64,000 nucleotides of DNA from an uncultured Gammaproteobacteria bacterium. Its GTDB lineage: Bacteria; Patescibacteriota; Microgenomatia; CAYXHB01. The notes below the pieces were generated by a model. That model made no database searches. It was given only the letters and a program-made list of their open reading frames with translations, and was not told the origin of the DNA. Position numbers and translations under genes: made by a program. Below are positions 31,080-43,125 of the stretch, in pieces (within the stretch, counting starts at the first letter, position 1; each line of letters opens with the position of its first letter). Location: contig CAZLQM010000002.1 in the NCBI GenBank assembly GCA_964561945.1, positions 13,087 to 77,086 on the forward strand, given 5' to 3'.

Positions 31080-31591
31080 TTCTCCAAACTTTGCCTAAAA
31101 TCATCTACCTCCGCAAACGACTTCAAGCAAACAACTTTCTCATTATATTTTTTTATCATTTCTTCAATTCCCAGCTTATTCTTTTGATCCCCAATCTTGA
31201 ATTTTTTCAAAATTAAATGCTTATACAGCTTAAATAAATCAATTATGCTTTCATTATCCCGCGTTCTATTCCTCTGATACAAATTCCAAAACTGAGTAAT
31301 CAAATTAGGATATTTAAGACACACAATTATTTCCGCCTTTGCCAGTCCCCCTTCTACCAAAGACCGCGTCGATCCTTCCACAATCCAACTATCCTTATCC
31401 TGATCATATACTTTAGAAATATTTACCATACTTTGCTTTCTATCTTCTCTGACACTAAATTTTTTCTTCCAAAAAAAATCATCGGTCGCATAACTCTTAA
31501 TCCTTAGCTTCTTAGACAACTCAATTGCCAAGGTGCTTTTTCCTCGTCCCGCGTCACCAACTATTAAGATCTTTTTGTACTTCTTCAACAT
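31076..31591 (-). CDS. P-loop NTPase, adenylate-kinase-like/topology-modulation (FlaR-like) family
   Basis: KKILIVGDAGRGKSTLAIELSKKL Walker A. Start chosen at the internal Met preceded by an SD-like GAGGGG. Confidence 0.55.
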   Translation of the reverse strand: MLKKYKKILIVGDAGRGKSTLAIELSKKLRIKSYATDDFFWKKKFSVREDRKQSMVNISKVYDQDKDSWIVEGSTRSLVEGGLAKAEIIVCLKYPNLITQFWNLYQRNRTRDNESIIDLFKLYKHLILKKFKIGDQKNKLGIEEMIKKYNEKVVCLKSFAEVDDFRQSLEN

Positions 31592-31661
31592 ACTTTGCCC
31601 CTCAACCAATAATATACTCTCTATTCACCCTCGACAATTTCTCAACTTGAAGCTACATTAA

Positions 31662-33268
<1,607 letters not shown>

Positions 33269-33335
33269 TCTCCAGTCTAATTAAAAAACTACCTCCAATT
33301 TACCCGTGAACTTCCACCATCTACCACAAACTTAT

Positions 33336-34313
33336 TTAATCAAAATACCCCACGTCTCTTATAAGCTTCGTCACAGCTATTTCTACTGCCTTTTCATACC
33401 CTTGTTGATAATACCATTCAATCACGTCCAAGCCTTTCATAATCCGATACAAATATATTTTAACTTCAAAAGTATCATCCAACAATAACTTGTTCTCATA
33501 TCCTTTTAACAACCATTTTAACTGATAATCATCAAACCAATAATCCCAATTAGCCAGATCAGATAACGGTGAGTCGCTCCGCGCCAAACCCCAATCAATA
33601 ATTCCCACAATTTCAAAACCTTGTACCATAATGTGCTTTGGACCAAAATCACCATGATTAAGCCGTGGCTCAAAATTACACAACTCTATTTTATTGTTAT
33701 CGAGCAAAATAATAGATTTTTCAATATAATTTCTTCCCAAACCTATCGCATCTGCAATCAAGGACAGTTGCTCCTGCTTGTCAAGATACTCTATAACTAT
33801 TGACTCAGAGTCCAAATATTCACTTTCCCCTGGTTCTAAAAACGGGCCAAATCCCCTTGTCAGCACTGAATGAATCCTACTCAAAATTTGACCACTTTTT
33901 ACTAACAAATCCTGCTGTTCTTGCAATGACAAATCATGAAAATAAAGATTGCCCCTTTCTAATGCTTCCCCAACAATTTCTTCCATCACACAAAATGAAG
34001 CCTTTCCCTCCTCTATTTGTACTTCAACAATATCAATAATCGTAGGCACAGGAACCCCTACTGCTCTCGCTTGATCAACCGCCCAAGATTCATTCTTAAA
34101 TTCACCATCATCTCTTTGAGCAATTCTAAGAATAATGTTCTTATCACCACCCATGTCTAATCGATAAACCTCATTAATCTCACCAACCACAAGTTTTGTC
34201 TTAGATTGGGGAACTTTTCCGACCGCTCCCAAAACCACTTCATCAATTAATTTATCATTAACAAATGATCCAGCATGTATCCGTCCAAGATATTCTTGAT
34301 ACTTTTGATCCAT
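33336..34313 (-). CDS. aminoglycoside phosphotransferase (APH)/kinase-like family protein
   Basis: NHGDFGPKHIMV...IIDWG (HGD catalytic loop, DW metal-binding). Confidence 0.7.
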   Translation of the reverse strand: MDQKYQEYLGRIHAGSFVNDKLIDEVVLGAVGKVPQSKTKLVVGEINEVYRLDMGGDKNIILRIAQRDDGEFKNESWAVDQARAVGVPVPTIIDIVEVQIEEGKASFCVMEEIVGEALERGNLYFHDLSLQEQQDLLVKSGQILSRIHSVLTRGFGPFLEPGESEYLDSESIVIEYLDKQEQLSLIADAIGLGRNYIEKSIILLDNNKIELCNFEPRLNHGDFGPKHIMVQGFEIVGIIDWGLARSDSPLSDLANWDYWFDDYQLKWLLKGYENKLLLDDTFEVKIYLYRIMKGLDVIEWYYQQGYEKAVEIAVTKLIRDVGYFD

Positions 34314-34411
34314 AACTCAATACATCTTATTCCTCCATATCACTAATAACAATTAGCCATCCCTCTCCCATATCTATACTTTTAACATTTATAGATAATT
34401 ATGCCAAATCT

Positions 34412-34987
34412 TCAAACCCTCGCCTTAGAATTCCCCACCATCCACCACAACATCACACCCATCAACCCTGATGTTCCTATCATCAACACATAACCAAGCA
34501 TATAAAACACATTTCCCACCAACCAATCATATTTTATTATTCCCAAACTCGATAACAAATAATTCCAATCATGAATTGGATCAGGACTCAATAACGGCAC
34601 TAGATTTAACACCTGTTTTTGTGCATCTTTGACGTAAGTTCCCACATCTAACAAGTTAATCCCTAACCAAAACAAACTTAATTTAGTCGCAAACCGATCA
34701 TTAATTTTCATAAAATTAACCCAAGCAACTACTGGCACAACCAATTGTAATATCGTCCCTCCCGCCATTCCCAAAAACTCACTTCCCCATAATCCAAAAA
34801 TCACATGCCCAACTTCATGAACCACAAAGTCAACATTTTTGAAAACCACATCCGCATACCCAGGATCAATTAAATACCGAATTAACAAATAACCCATAAA
34901 TAACCATATAATCAGTCTTCCCATCCAAGCTCTCCCCACACTCCAAATCCTATCTTCTTCCAAAGAATTACTAATCCATCTAAACAT
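34412..34987 (-). CDS. polytopic membrane protein with HExxH motif (possible DUF3267-like zincin)
   Basis: HEVGHVIFG in a 191-aa multi-TM protein. Confidence 0.35.
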   Translation of the reverse strand: MFRWISNSLEEDRIWSVGRAWMGRLIIWLFMGYLLIRYLIDPGYADVVFKNVDFVVHEVGHVIFGLWGSEFLGMAGGTILQLVVPVVAWVNFMKINDRFATKLSLFWLGINLLDVGTYVKDAQKQVLNLVPLLSPDPIHDWNYLLSSLGIIKYDWLVGNVFYMLGYVLMIGTSGLMGVMLWWMVGNSKARV

Positions 34988-35019
34988 AATATAAATATAT
35001 CAATTCCAACTATACAAAT

Positions 35020-35784
35020 TTAATTATCCCAACAACTGATTTTAATATCTTGAGCTACACATCGATTCTCTAAACATTTAGCTCGTGAAAATATTGCATC
35101 AAACATTGGCTTCTTTGTTGCTTCGTTAACCGAACAATTCTTTGTCTTTTCTTTAAGTTGTAAGTCTGTATAACCATCAACATTAGCAATCCCTGCACAT
35201 TCGATCATTAATCCATGTACATAATTTTGATATTGATTATATGAACCTACCGAACAAAACGAATTTTTGTTAATACAATCTTTATCCACTCTACAATACT
35301 TACTATCTATTAAATATGGTTTAACATCAGGTACTTCAATTACAGAAGTTACTCCAAAATCATCGTTAGATAAATGACTCAAAGCCGCAAAGTCAAGACT
35401 AGTCACAACATAAACAATATTTATCAAATTATCATCCCTAAATGTAGAATCATACAATATTCTTCCCATAACCAAAGAATCTAACACCTCCAAATTCTCA
35501 CTAAATGATTTTTTGCCTATATTTTTAATAATCATCTTATATGCCTTTATATTTGTCTCATCCTGATTACTATCACCACTCGCAGTCACCCTATCTTCAT
35601 ACATACTCTTCATTAATTCCTTTTGGTAATTCATTCCCAACCAAAAACCACTCAATGGAAGTATTACAAAAAGAAATAAAGCCACTAATTTCGAAAACAA
35701 TGTAACAGTAATTAAAGATTTAGGAGTTTTAAATGCCTTAGGGGATTTCTTTTTCAGATAAATAATTATAAAAACAATCATCAC
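35020..35784 (-). CDS. hypothetical membrane-anchored Cys-rich protein
   Basis: N-terminal TM, C-terminal multiple Cys. Confidence 0.35.
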   Translation of the reverse strand: MMIVFIIIYLKKKSPKAFKTPKSLITVTLFSKLVALFLFVILPLSGFWLGMNYQKELMKSMYEDRVTASGDSNQDETNIKAYKMIIKNIGKKSFSENLEVLDSLVMGRILYDSTFRDDNLINIVYVVTSLDFAALSHLSNDDFGVTSVIEVPDVKPYLIDSKYCRVDKDCINKNSFCSVGSYNQYQNYVHGLMIECAGIANVDGYTDLQLKEKTKNCSVNEATKKPMFDAIFSRAKCLENRCVAQDIKISCWDN

Positions 35785-35887
35785 TAACTTTCAATAAACT
35801 CCACACCTTACTTCTTTATTGCCAACAAATTTTTATACCAACAAATTTGACCAATTACCGATAACCTCCTAAAATTCAATCCACGAA

Positions 35888-36550
35888 ATGCCCAAAGTCC
35901 TTCTGTTTTCTATCGTTGTTCTTATTCTTGCTACTCTGTTAATTTTAACAAAAAATAAACCCTCCCCCTCAGATCCCCAAACGTCCAAGACTCCCCCACC
36001 AACTTCAAACCTAAACCTCGCTCCTTCTCCCCAAGATCCAAAAACGCAAACCATAATCTATCCCACCTCCGAGTTCAAACAAAGAATCACTAAAAAACCT
36101 TTCGGAGTATATGTCTCTCCCACCAATTCTCCCATTCAACCCGAACGCTTTTCAGGCTATCACACTGGTGTTGACGTGGAATTTAAAGATACACAAATAA
36201 AGGTTCCTGTTTTCTCTGTCTGTGATGGCGAACTAGTTCTCTCCCAATGGATCAGTGGCTACGGTGGCACTGCCGTCATCCGATGCCAAAATAATTATTA
36301 CCTTTATGGCCATCTAAACGTTGATAGCATTACCCAAAAAATCCAAATCTCCCAAGGAGATCAGATTGCCATCCTAGGTCAAGGCAACACTCGCCAAACA
36401 GATTATGAAAGGAAACATCTACATTTTGGCATACACAAAAACTCACTTAATCTCAAAGGCTATGTCCAAACCCAAGAAGAACTTCAATCATGGATCGACC
36501 CGCTTGTCCTATTTAATCTTTCAACTCCATCCAACCCAAAAACTAACTAA
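35888..36550 (+). CDS. M23-family peptidase (LytM domain)
   Basis: GYHTGVDVEF ... YGHL ... HLHFGIH. Confidence 0.8.
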   Translation: MPKVLLFSIVVLILATLLILTKNKPSPSDPQTSKTPPPTSNLNLAPSPQDPKTQTIIYPTSEFKQRITKKPFGVYVSPTNSPIQPERFSGYHTGVDVEFKDTQIKVPVFSVCDGELVLSQWISGYGGTAVIRCQNNYYLYGHLNVDSITQKIQISQGDQIAILGQGNTRQTDYERKHLHFGIHKNSLNLKGYVQTQEELQSWIDPLVLFNLSTPSNPKTN

Positions 36551-36589
36551 CAAATCAATCAATGTATACTAAACCCAAAAGAACCAAAT

Positions 36590-38809
36590 ATGTCCAAACC
36601 CAAACCAATCATTGCCTTCATCGGCACTTACCCTCCCAGAGCCTGTGGCATTGCTACCTTTACCCAAGACTTACTCCAAGCAAATCGTAAATTCCTAGGC
36701 AAAGACATCTCCTGCAAAGTCGCCGCTATCAATCTCTCGCCTCTCGATCATCACACTTATCCTCCTGAAGTTAAATGGGAAATCATACAAAACAATCAAT
36801 CTGACTATCACGATCTAGCCATGTCTCTCAACAACAACCCCCTCATATCAGGCGTCATTATCCAACACGAATACGGAATATTTGGAGGAGAAGAAGGTGA
36901 ACATATTCTTTCATTTCTCCACAACTGCCACAAACCCATACTCGTCACACTACACACTGTACTACCAAACCCCAGTCCCAAAATGAAACAGGTCACCAGC
37001 GCCATTATCAAACGTGCTGATACAATCGTAGTCCTAACCCAAAATTCCCGTAGAATTCTTATCGAAACATATCCCTTTTCCCTAGGCAAAATATATGTCA
37101 TTCCTCACGGAATTCATCATACTGAGTTTTCCACCACTACAAAAGCCAAAAAGAAACTAAAACTCACCAACTCAACCGTGCTATCGACTTTTGGACTCCT
37201 CAGCCGTGGCAAAGGCATCGAATACGTCATCAAAGCTCTTCCTCAGATAATCCAAAAACACCCATCCGTTCTTTATCTTGTTCTTGGCGAAACTCATCCC
37301 GCCGTGCGCAGAGAAGAAGGCGAAAAATACCGCATGGAACTTGCCCAACTTGTTACTGACCTTGACCTTAAAAAACATGTCAAATTCTACGCTCAATATC
37401 TTAACTTAGATGATTTACTTGAATTTCTTCAAGCTACTGATATCTATATCTCAACCTCTATCAATCCCAATCAGGCTGTAAGTGGCACCCTTTCCTATGC
37501 TCTAGGCTCTGGTCGGGCTGTCGTAAGCACCACCTTTTCCCAAGCCAAAGAAATCATTACTCCCCAAAACGGGCGTCTTGTGCCAATCCAAAACTCAAAA
37601 GCAATCAGTATTGCAGTCAATGAAATATTAAGCGACCCCAATAATCTTTTAACCATGCACCAAAACGCATATAACTCAACCCGATCAATGCTTTGGACTA
37701 ACGTAGCCCAAGAATATAACAATTTACTAAACCAACTCGTTCTTCCTCCCATCAGTCTTAAACATCTTAAGAAAATGACCGACGAATTTGGTTTATTCCA
37801 ATTTGGTCTACACGATATCCCCAACAAAGAATTTGGCTATACTCTGGACGACAATGCTCGAGCTTTGATCGTTTGCAATCAACTTATAACTCAGAAATCT
37901 ACCCAAAAAAGAATCAAGCCTCTCCTTGATATATATCTTAATTTTATAGACTTCTGCCAAAAAGATGATGGTACTTTTGTTAACTACATCAATTACGACC
38001 ACAAGCACCCCACTACCCAAAACTCCCAAGAAGATATCTCCGATGCTACAGCCCGAGCAGTATGGGCTCTAGGAGAAATCATATCTAACCCCATACTTCC
38101 CTCTAAGACTAGAAATAAAGCCAAAGCCATTTTCACTCGCACTCTCCCCCATCTAAAAAGTATTCCTCATTTGCGCTCCAAAGCTTTCATCATCAAAGCC
38201 TTAGTTGCAGTGGAATCCGAATTCTCCACTCATCACCCAGAAATTTCCTCTCTCATCCAAGAACTTAGCACCACTCTAGCTACCAATCTTCACCAAAACT
38301 CACACGACTCATGGCATTGGTTCGAAAACCAACTGGGCTATAACAACGCTCTCTTGCCCGAGAGTTTGTCTATCGGAGGCAAATTCCTCAAAAATCAAGA
38401 ATATATTAATCTTGGAATTTCTTCATTAAAATTTCTTATTGACCAGACCTTCCAAACAAATATGTATGTTCCCATTGGTCACTCAAACTGGTATAAACAA
38501 AACGAAGAAAGAAGCACCTTCGATCAGCAACCCGAAGATCCAGCTTCCATGATACTGGCTCTCGCCACTGCATACAAACAAACAGGGCAACCAAGCTACA
38601 AGAACCTTGCCCACAAATGTTTCAGCTGGTTTTTGGGCAATAATAGTTTGCATCTCCCACTCTATAATTACCAAACGGGTGGCTGTCACGACGGACTTCA
38701 TCCTGATCGAATCAACCAAAACCAAGGAGCTGAGTCCCTCATCTCTTATCTCTTATCAAGATTAGCCATTAACGAAATCGACACCTATGAAAATCCAACA
38801 AAAACGTAA
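36590..38809 (+). CDS. glycosyltransferase family 4 fused to a C-terminal (alpha/alpha)6 glycoside-hydrolase-like domain
   Basis: N-terminal GT-B with EX7E-like region (GETHPAVRRE). C-terminal half GLFQFGLHDIPNKEFGYTLDDNARAL, typical of amylo-alpha-1,6-glucosidase/GH63-like toroid domains. Confidence 0.6.
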   Translation: MSKPKPIIAFIGTYPPRACGIATFTQDLLQANRKFLGKDISCKVAAINLSPLDHHTYPPEVKWEIIQNNQSDYHDLAMSLNNNPLISGVIIQHEYGIFGGEEGEHILSFLHNCHKPILVTLHTVLPNPSPKMKQVTSAIIKRADTIVVLTQNSRRILIETYPFSLGKIYVIPHGIHHTEFSTTTKAKKKLKLTNSTVLSTFGLLSRGKGIEYVIKALPQIIQKHPSVLYLVLGETHPAVRREEGEKYRMELAQLVTDLDLKKHVKFYAQYLNLDDLLEFLQATDIYISTSINPNQAVSGTLSYALGSGRAVVSTTFSQAKEIITPQNGRLVPIQNSKAISIAVNEILSDPNNLLTMHQNAYNSTRSMLWTNVAQEYNNLLNQLVLPPISLKHLKKMTDEFGLFQFGLHDIPNKEFGYTLDDNARALIVCNQLITQKSTQKRIKPLLDIYLNFIDFCQKDDGTFVNYINYDHKHPTTQNSQEDISDATARAVWALGEIISNPILPSKTRNKAKAIFTRTLPHLKSIPHLRSKAFIIKALVAVESEFSTHHPEISSLIQELSTTLATNLHQNSHDSWHWFENQLGYNNALLPESLSIGGKFLKNQEYINLGISSLKFLIDQTFQTNMYVPIGHSNWYKQNEERSTFDQQPEDPASMILALATAYKQTGQPSYKNLAHKCFSWFLGNNSLHLPLYNYQTGGCHDGLHPDRINQNQGAESLISYLLSRLAINEIDTYENPTKT

Positions 38810-39734
38810 TATCTTCCCCAATCAACAAATTTCCCGATACAATCTCGCTGCCTGGCAAACCCAAAGCAGCGATTCAGTTTTCTTCATCGGACGTGAGGTA
38901 AATCAACCGGGTTCTGTCGGCGAACCCGACACAGGCATTTTGAAGCTCTTCGAACTTAATACTAACAATGTCATTATTAACGAAAGAATCATCTGGAAAC
39001 CCAGATACGACGGCATCAATCTAGAAGATCCCCGCGCCCTTCAATTAGAAAACGACAAACTTATAATCGGAGTTACAGCCGTACTCCGTGACAAAAAAGG
39101 CGTCCCTGTACCTTTTCCCGCTATCATAAAAATTGACTCCAATAACACCTGGCAAAACGAACTCCCACCCTTTCTCATCATCGAGACTTTTGGTCCAGGC
39201 AAAAACCTCACCCCAATAAATAACACTACTTACTTATTCCGACCAGACGATCCAGAATACAATCACAAAATCCTAGTATTTTCGCTACACAACCAAGTCC
39301 CCGAGAAAATCTGCGACATCATCTTCCCCACTACTCTACCTTGGGCGCAGTGGCGCATCGGAACCACCATGCCACCCATTTGGATCAATGATCATGAAGC
39401 TCTCTTTATTATTCACGGTATAACCATCGAAAATAAAGACAACCAACCCAAATACATCTATAGCCTAGGCCGAGCCAAACTCACCCGCCACGATAACTGC
39501 TACGATCTAACTGTTGCCCCCGAACCGATTCTAGTTCCCGATAACTTCGTCGAAGAGGATGGCCAACCACTCGTTAATGAACTCCACCCCAATCTTCGTC
39601 GAGTGGTTTACTCTTGCGGAGGACTCATAAAGAAAAACAAACAAGATGCTCTATCCCTCTACGTTAACGTCGGTGACCGCACCACCTTTGAAGTCGATTT
39701 CTCCCTAGCTGAACTAAAAGAAGGCTTATTCTAA
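38787..39734 (+). CDS. GH130/DUF377-like beta-propeller glycosidase/phosphorylase family protein (tentative)
   Basis: LEDPRAL motif and size. It overlaps the upstream GT by 23 nt. Confidence 0.4.
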   Translation: MKIQQKRNIFPNQQISRYNLAAWQTQSSDSVFFIGREVNQPGSVGEPDTGILKLFELNTNNVIINERIIWKPRYDGINLEDPRALQLENDKLIIGVTAVLRDKKGVPVPFPAIIKIDSNNTWQNELPPFLIIETFGPGKNLTPINNTTYLFRPDDPEYNHKILVFSLHNQVPEKICDIIFPTTLPWAQWRIGTTMPPIWINDHEALFIIHGITIENKDNQPKYIYSLGRAKLTRHDNCYDLTVAPEPILVPDNFVEEDGQPLVNELHPNLRRVVYSCGGLIKKNKQDALSLYVNVGDRTTFEVDFSLAELKEGLF

Positions 39735-39818
39735 ATAATATATACTCTCCGCTATTTATCACAAATCCCCAAAGCACACTCTTACAGTCTTCTTTTTTAT
39801 CCGTGATAATCTATAATC

Positions 39819-40652
39819 ATGGCTCTTTGGGACAAAATAACCAGCCGTGGTCGCATCGAAGATCGCCGTTCAATGGCGCCTACTGCTATAGGAGGATTAG
39901 GCCTTGGTGGTATTGTAATTTATCTCTTAGCGAGTTACTTCTTGGGCGGACAAATAGATGTTAACCAAGTACTCAGACAATTAGAAGATGTCCAAATAGA
40001 ACAATCCCAAACCCAAAATGACAATTTCCAAGGACCCGATCAATACGAGACATTTGCATCAACAGTACTAGGCTCGAATAATGACTTATGGCAATCCATA
40101 TTTAAACAAATTAACCATACATACCAACCACCGACTTTAGTGTTATTTAGAACAGCCACCCAGTCTGCTTGTGGAACCGCGACTTCACAAGTTGGGCCTC
40201 ACTATTGTCCATTAGACCAAACCATCTATTTAGATGAAACTTTTTTTGATGAACTCAAAAACCAACTTGGAGCGCAAGGAGGCGACGTCGCTGAAGCCTA
40301 TGTCATCGCCCACGAAGTAGGTCATCATGTCCAGAATCAATTAGGCGTTATAAATCGGCAAACAAATTTAACCGATAATGACTTCTCCATAAAATTAGAA
40401 CTCCAAGCAGACTGTTACGCAGGTCTTTGGGCCAATTCAATTAAAAATGTAGGTGTCTTCCTACCCGGCGAAATCAACGAAGCAATGGATGCAGCAGCCA
40501 CCATCGGTGATGACCGAATCCAAGAAAAAATTACAGGCAGAATCACTCCCGAAACATGGACTCACGGTTCATCACAACAACGAGTCAATTGGTTCACCCA
40601 AGGATACCAAACAGGAGAACTTGCATCTTGTGACACATTTAACCAAGAATAA
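39819..40652 (+). CDS. YpfJ-family putative neutral zinc metallopeptidase
   Basis: N-terminal RGRIEDRRSM, TM, and HEVGHHVQNQLG. Confidence 0.8.
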   Translation: MALWDKITSRGRIEDRRSMAPTAIGGLGLGGIVIYLLASYFLGGQIDVNQVLRQLEDVQIEQSQTQNDNFQGPDQYETFASTVLGSNNDLWQSIFKQINHTYQPPTLVLFRTATQSACGTATSQVGPHYCPLDQTIYLDETFFDELKNQLGAQGGDVAEAYVIAHEVGHHVQNQLGVINRQTNLTDNDFSIKLELQADCYAGLWANSIKNVGVFLPGEINEAMDAAATIGDDRIQEKITGRITPETWTHGSSQQRVNWFTQGYQTGELASCDTFNQE

Positions 40653-40667
40653 ACAATTTATAATTAT

Positions 40668-41486
40668 TTAATCATTTTCCTCTTCTCCATAATACCCACG
40701 CATAGATCTAGGTAAATCTTGTGCCAATCTCCGCATATGAACATCTGTAATAAATTGAAATCTGTCATTTGACTCTTTAATCAATTCACCCTTCACGTTC
40801 ATTTTCACTAGCACCTCAGACAACGCCAACGGCTCCCCAAACACAACTCGAGGTTGTTCATCATGAAACTCACCCATCGCAATTGCCAAATCTGAATACC
40901 TCAGCCTCTCCTCTGGATCAAACCGACTCAATAATCCCAATCCTCGCGCTCCTTGTTTCAAACTACCATCAGTCCGCGTCGCCTCAGGTGCAATTCCAAA
41001 CACAGCCCCAGGTTCTGCAACTATTCTCTTCATCTCATCCGTCACCCTCCGTGTCTTAGACTCTCTATCCGACTGTTTATATTCAGAAGCTTTTGCATCT
41101 AGTCTGGACGGTTGCACTACCGGCAATAAATCAATTGCTCCTACCACCCCAATTAGTCGTAATCCCAACGCATTTACAGGATCCCGTCTTAAGCTGTAAT
41201 GGCTCTCAGCCACAGGAGCAATCCGTTGCTTAGCGTTAGGCAAATGAGCCAAAACCATCGCTGCCGGCAAAATTATATCTGCAAAACGCGAAAACCTCGG
41301 ACCTTTCTTATTATTCGTGTGATTTATATAAAACACCAACGAATTCTTCTCCAACAGCTTATCCGCCCGAACCAAGTTTTCTCGACTTTCGTCAGAAAAC
41401 TCCAATCCCCACTTGTCCAAACTATAATTCCATATCGATTCTGCCACTTTGACAACACTTGCTCCAACCATTCGTCCTTCTTTCAT
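40668..41486 (-). CDS. hypothetical protein, weak acyltransferase-like motif
   Basis: GIAPEATRT resembles PlsC motif III (FPEGTR), but no clear HX4D. Confidence 0.3.
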   Translation of the reverse strand: MKEGRMVGASVVKVAESIWNYSLDKWGLEFSDESRENLVRADKLLEKNSLVFYINHTNNKKGPRFSRFADIILPAAMVLAHLPNAKQRIAPVAESHYSLRRDPVNALGLRLIGVVGAIDLLPVVQPSRLDAKASEYKQSDRESKTRRVTDEMKRIVAEPGAVFGIAPEATRTDGSLKQGARGLGLLSRFDPEERLRYSDLAIAMGEFHDEQPRVVFGEPLALSEVLVKMNVKGELIKESNDRFQFITDVHMRRLAQDLPRSMRGYYGEEEND

Positions 41487-41552
41487 TCACGAAATAATAC
41501 CACAACCAATTCATACAAATCCTAACGCAATTCAATAAATATTCATTTATTA

Positions 41553-41582
41553 ACAAAAAATGGGTGGCTTACGGTGCCACCC
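41553..41582 (-). terminator. rho-independent terminator
   Basis: On the - strand, GGGUGGC-ACCGUAA-GCCACCC hairpin followed by AUUUUUUGUU, ~100 nt downstream of the 41682 stop. Confidence 0.5.
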
Positions 41583-41681
41583 AACCGCTCATGTTTAATG
41601 AGAACCTACTTACCCAAATTCACACTTTCTTCACCTGCGCGGGTAACACAGAAGGTGTGTGGCAAAATTTCAAGGTCCAAA

Positions 41682-42122
41682 TTACTCTTCTCTTTCTCCC
41701 ACATCCATCAACAAACACCTGACAATTTCCTGCGTATAATCTGGATTAGACAAATCTCCCCCTAACCTCTCTTCAATTAATAAAACAAGCTCTTTTTCCC
41801 GACTCGTAACAGACATCCTAAAATCAATTCCCAATTCTGGATATATCTCATTTAACAATTCATTCTGACTTTGCTCTAACATAACTACTTTTTCTACTAC
41901 TTCTAATAATCGACCACCACATAATGGATATTCACTTTCTAGCGCATTTGCCACTTCTCCAAAAATTCTATCCATTTTTATCAAATAACCTTCATGCAAA
42001 CGCAACCGATACAACCCCAGCATATTTTTCCACAACACACTAACTTCTTCTTCATGCAACACCTCCACTTCCAGCATGTCTCGAGAAATATCATTAATTT
42101 TTTGTTTCAATTCAGTATTCAT
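41682..42122 (-). CDS. hypothetical protein (possible C-terminal part of a kinase-like gene)
   Basis: 4-nt ATGA overlap with the upstream ORF. Confidence 0.3.
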   Translation of the reverse strand: MNTELKQKINDISRDMLEVEVLHEEEVSVLWKNMLGLYRLRLHEGYLIKMDRIFGEVANALESEYPLCGGRLLEVVEKVVMLEQSQNELLNEIYPELGIDFRMSVTSREKELVLLIEERLGGDLSNPDYTQEIVRCLLMDVGEREE

Positions 42123-42322
42123 ATATTTTCTTGAAATAATTTATCACAACGTTTCCGTATTTCTCTAACATAGTAATCAGGATTTTTTTCTACTCTCCTT
42201 GTCTGAGCTGACTCCCAGTCAATCGGAAAAAGTTCCTCTTTACCATTAACAATTCTTACCAGAACATTCCCTTCGTTCATGTCACTAAAAAATATTCCAT
42301 GAACTATTACCATCTCTTCCAT
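42119..42322 (-). CDS. kinase-like catalytic-loop fragment
   Basis: IVHGIFFSDMNEGNVLV...FPIDWESA resembles the HGDxxxxN...IDxE of the APH/Kdo/choline-kinase fold. 67 aa only. Confidence 0.3.
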   Translation of the reverse strand: MEEMVIVHGIFFSDMNEGNVLVRIVNGKEELFPIDWESAQTRRVEKNPDYYVREIRKRCDKLFQENI

Positions 42323-42891
42323 TCTATTTCTAAACTCAAGTTTTGCTTCCTCTGGGATTTCCTAGATACTTTTGCTCGATAGTGATTTAATGGCAAACCC
42401 ATATAAGGCATATCCAAAAATTCAACCACTTCATATCCCCGAGATGGATCTTCCTTAAGTTCTCTCACACTTCCTTTTTCCACATTTTCCTCCACACCAA
42501 ACAAATCCAAGGCTTTTCTCCACATGCCTATCTCTTTCTCTACACGAGAATTAAACAATGAATTCCCAGCACATTTCCGCACTCTCCCCGTATCTAGATT
42601 AACATGAATCGAAAGCGGATCTCCGTCCTTACGATCTTTAACAATTTCTACAAACCCCTTAAAAATTTTAGAAGACCGTGTTTCCCATCCATCTAACCTA
42701 ACCACTTTTTCTTCAGGGGCTTCCTTTATCTCAAAGCGCCTATCTCCCCCAAGGTCAATTCCCAATTGAGCAACTTCCGACATCCCACCCAGTATACCAT
42801 TGCCGTTCCCAAAAAAAGGACGGGATAAACACCCACCCATCCTCTGACAACTGATTAACCAAAGATTTTTGTTCATACCAAACCCCCACAA
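42307..42891 (-). CDS. hypothetical protein (possible N-terminal part of kinase-like gene)
   Basis: 16-nt overlap with the 42119..42322 ORF, compatible with a frameshift. Confidence 0.3.
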   Translation of the reverse strand: MWGFGMNKNLWLISCQRMGGCLSRPFFGNGNGILGGMSEVAQLGIDLGGDRRFEIKEAPEEKVVRLDGWETRSSKIFKGFVEIVKDRKDGDPLSIHVNLDTGRVRKCAGNSLFNSRVEKEIGMWRKALDLFGVEENVEKGSVRELKEDPSRGYEVVEFLDMPYMGLPLNHYRAKVSRKSQRKQNLSLEIEWKRW

Positions 42892-43125
42892 GCGCTACAC
42901 ACTACTGTTCCCATTTGTTCTCTCCTTATCTCAATAAACAATAAAATACTCACGTCCAGTGACGCTCTTTACATCCTCTTGTCAAAGATACAAAAAAACG
43001 TCACGGTTCATCAAATAATCTATAATTTACTAATAAGACTCCGGACCCCAAAATCGTCGTAAATAACAATTCCAATCCAGAATCAAAAACATATTACATC
43101 GCAATTTATCATATACTTATAGACC

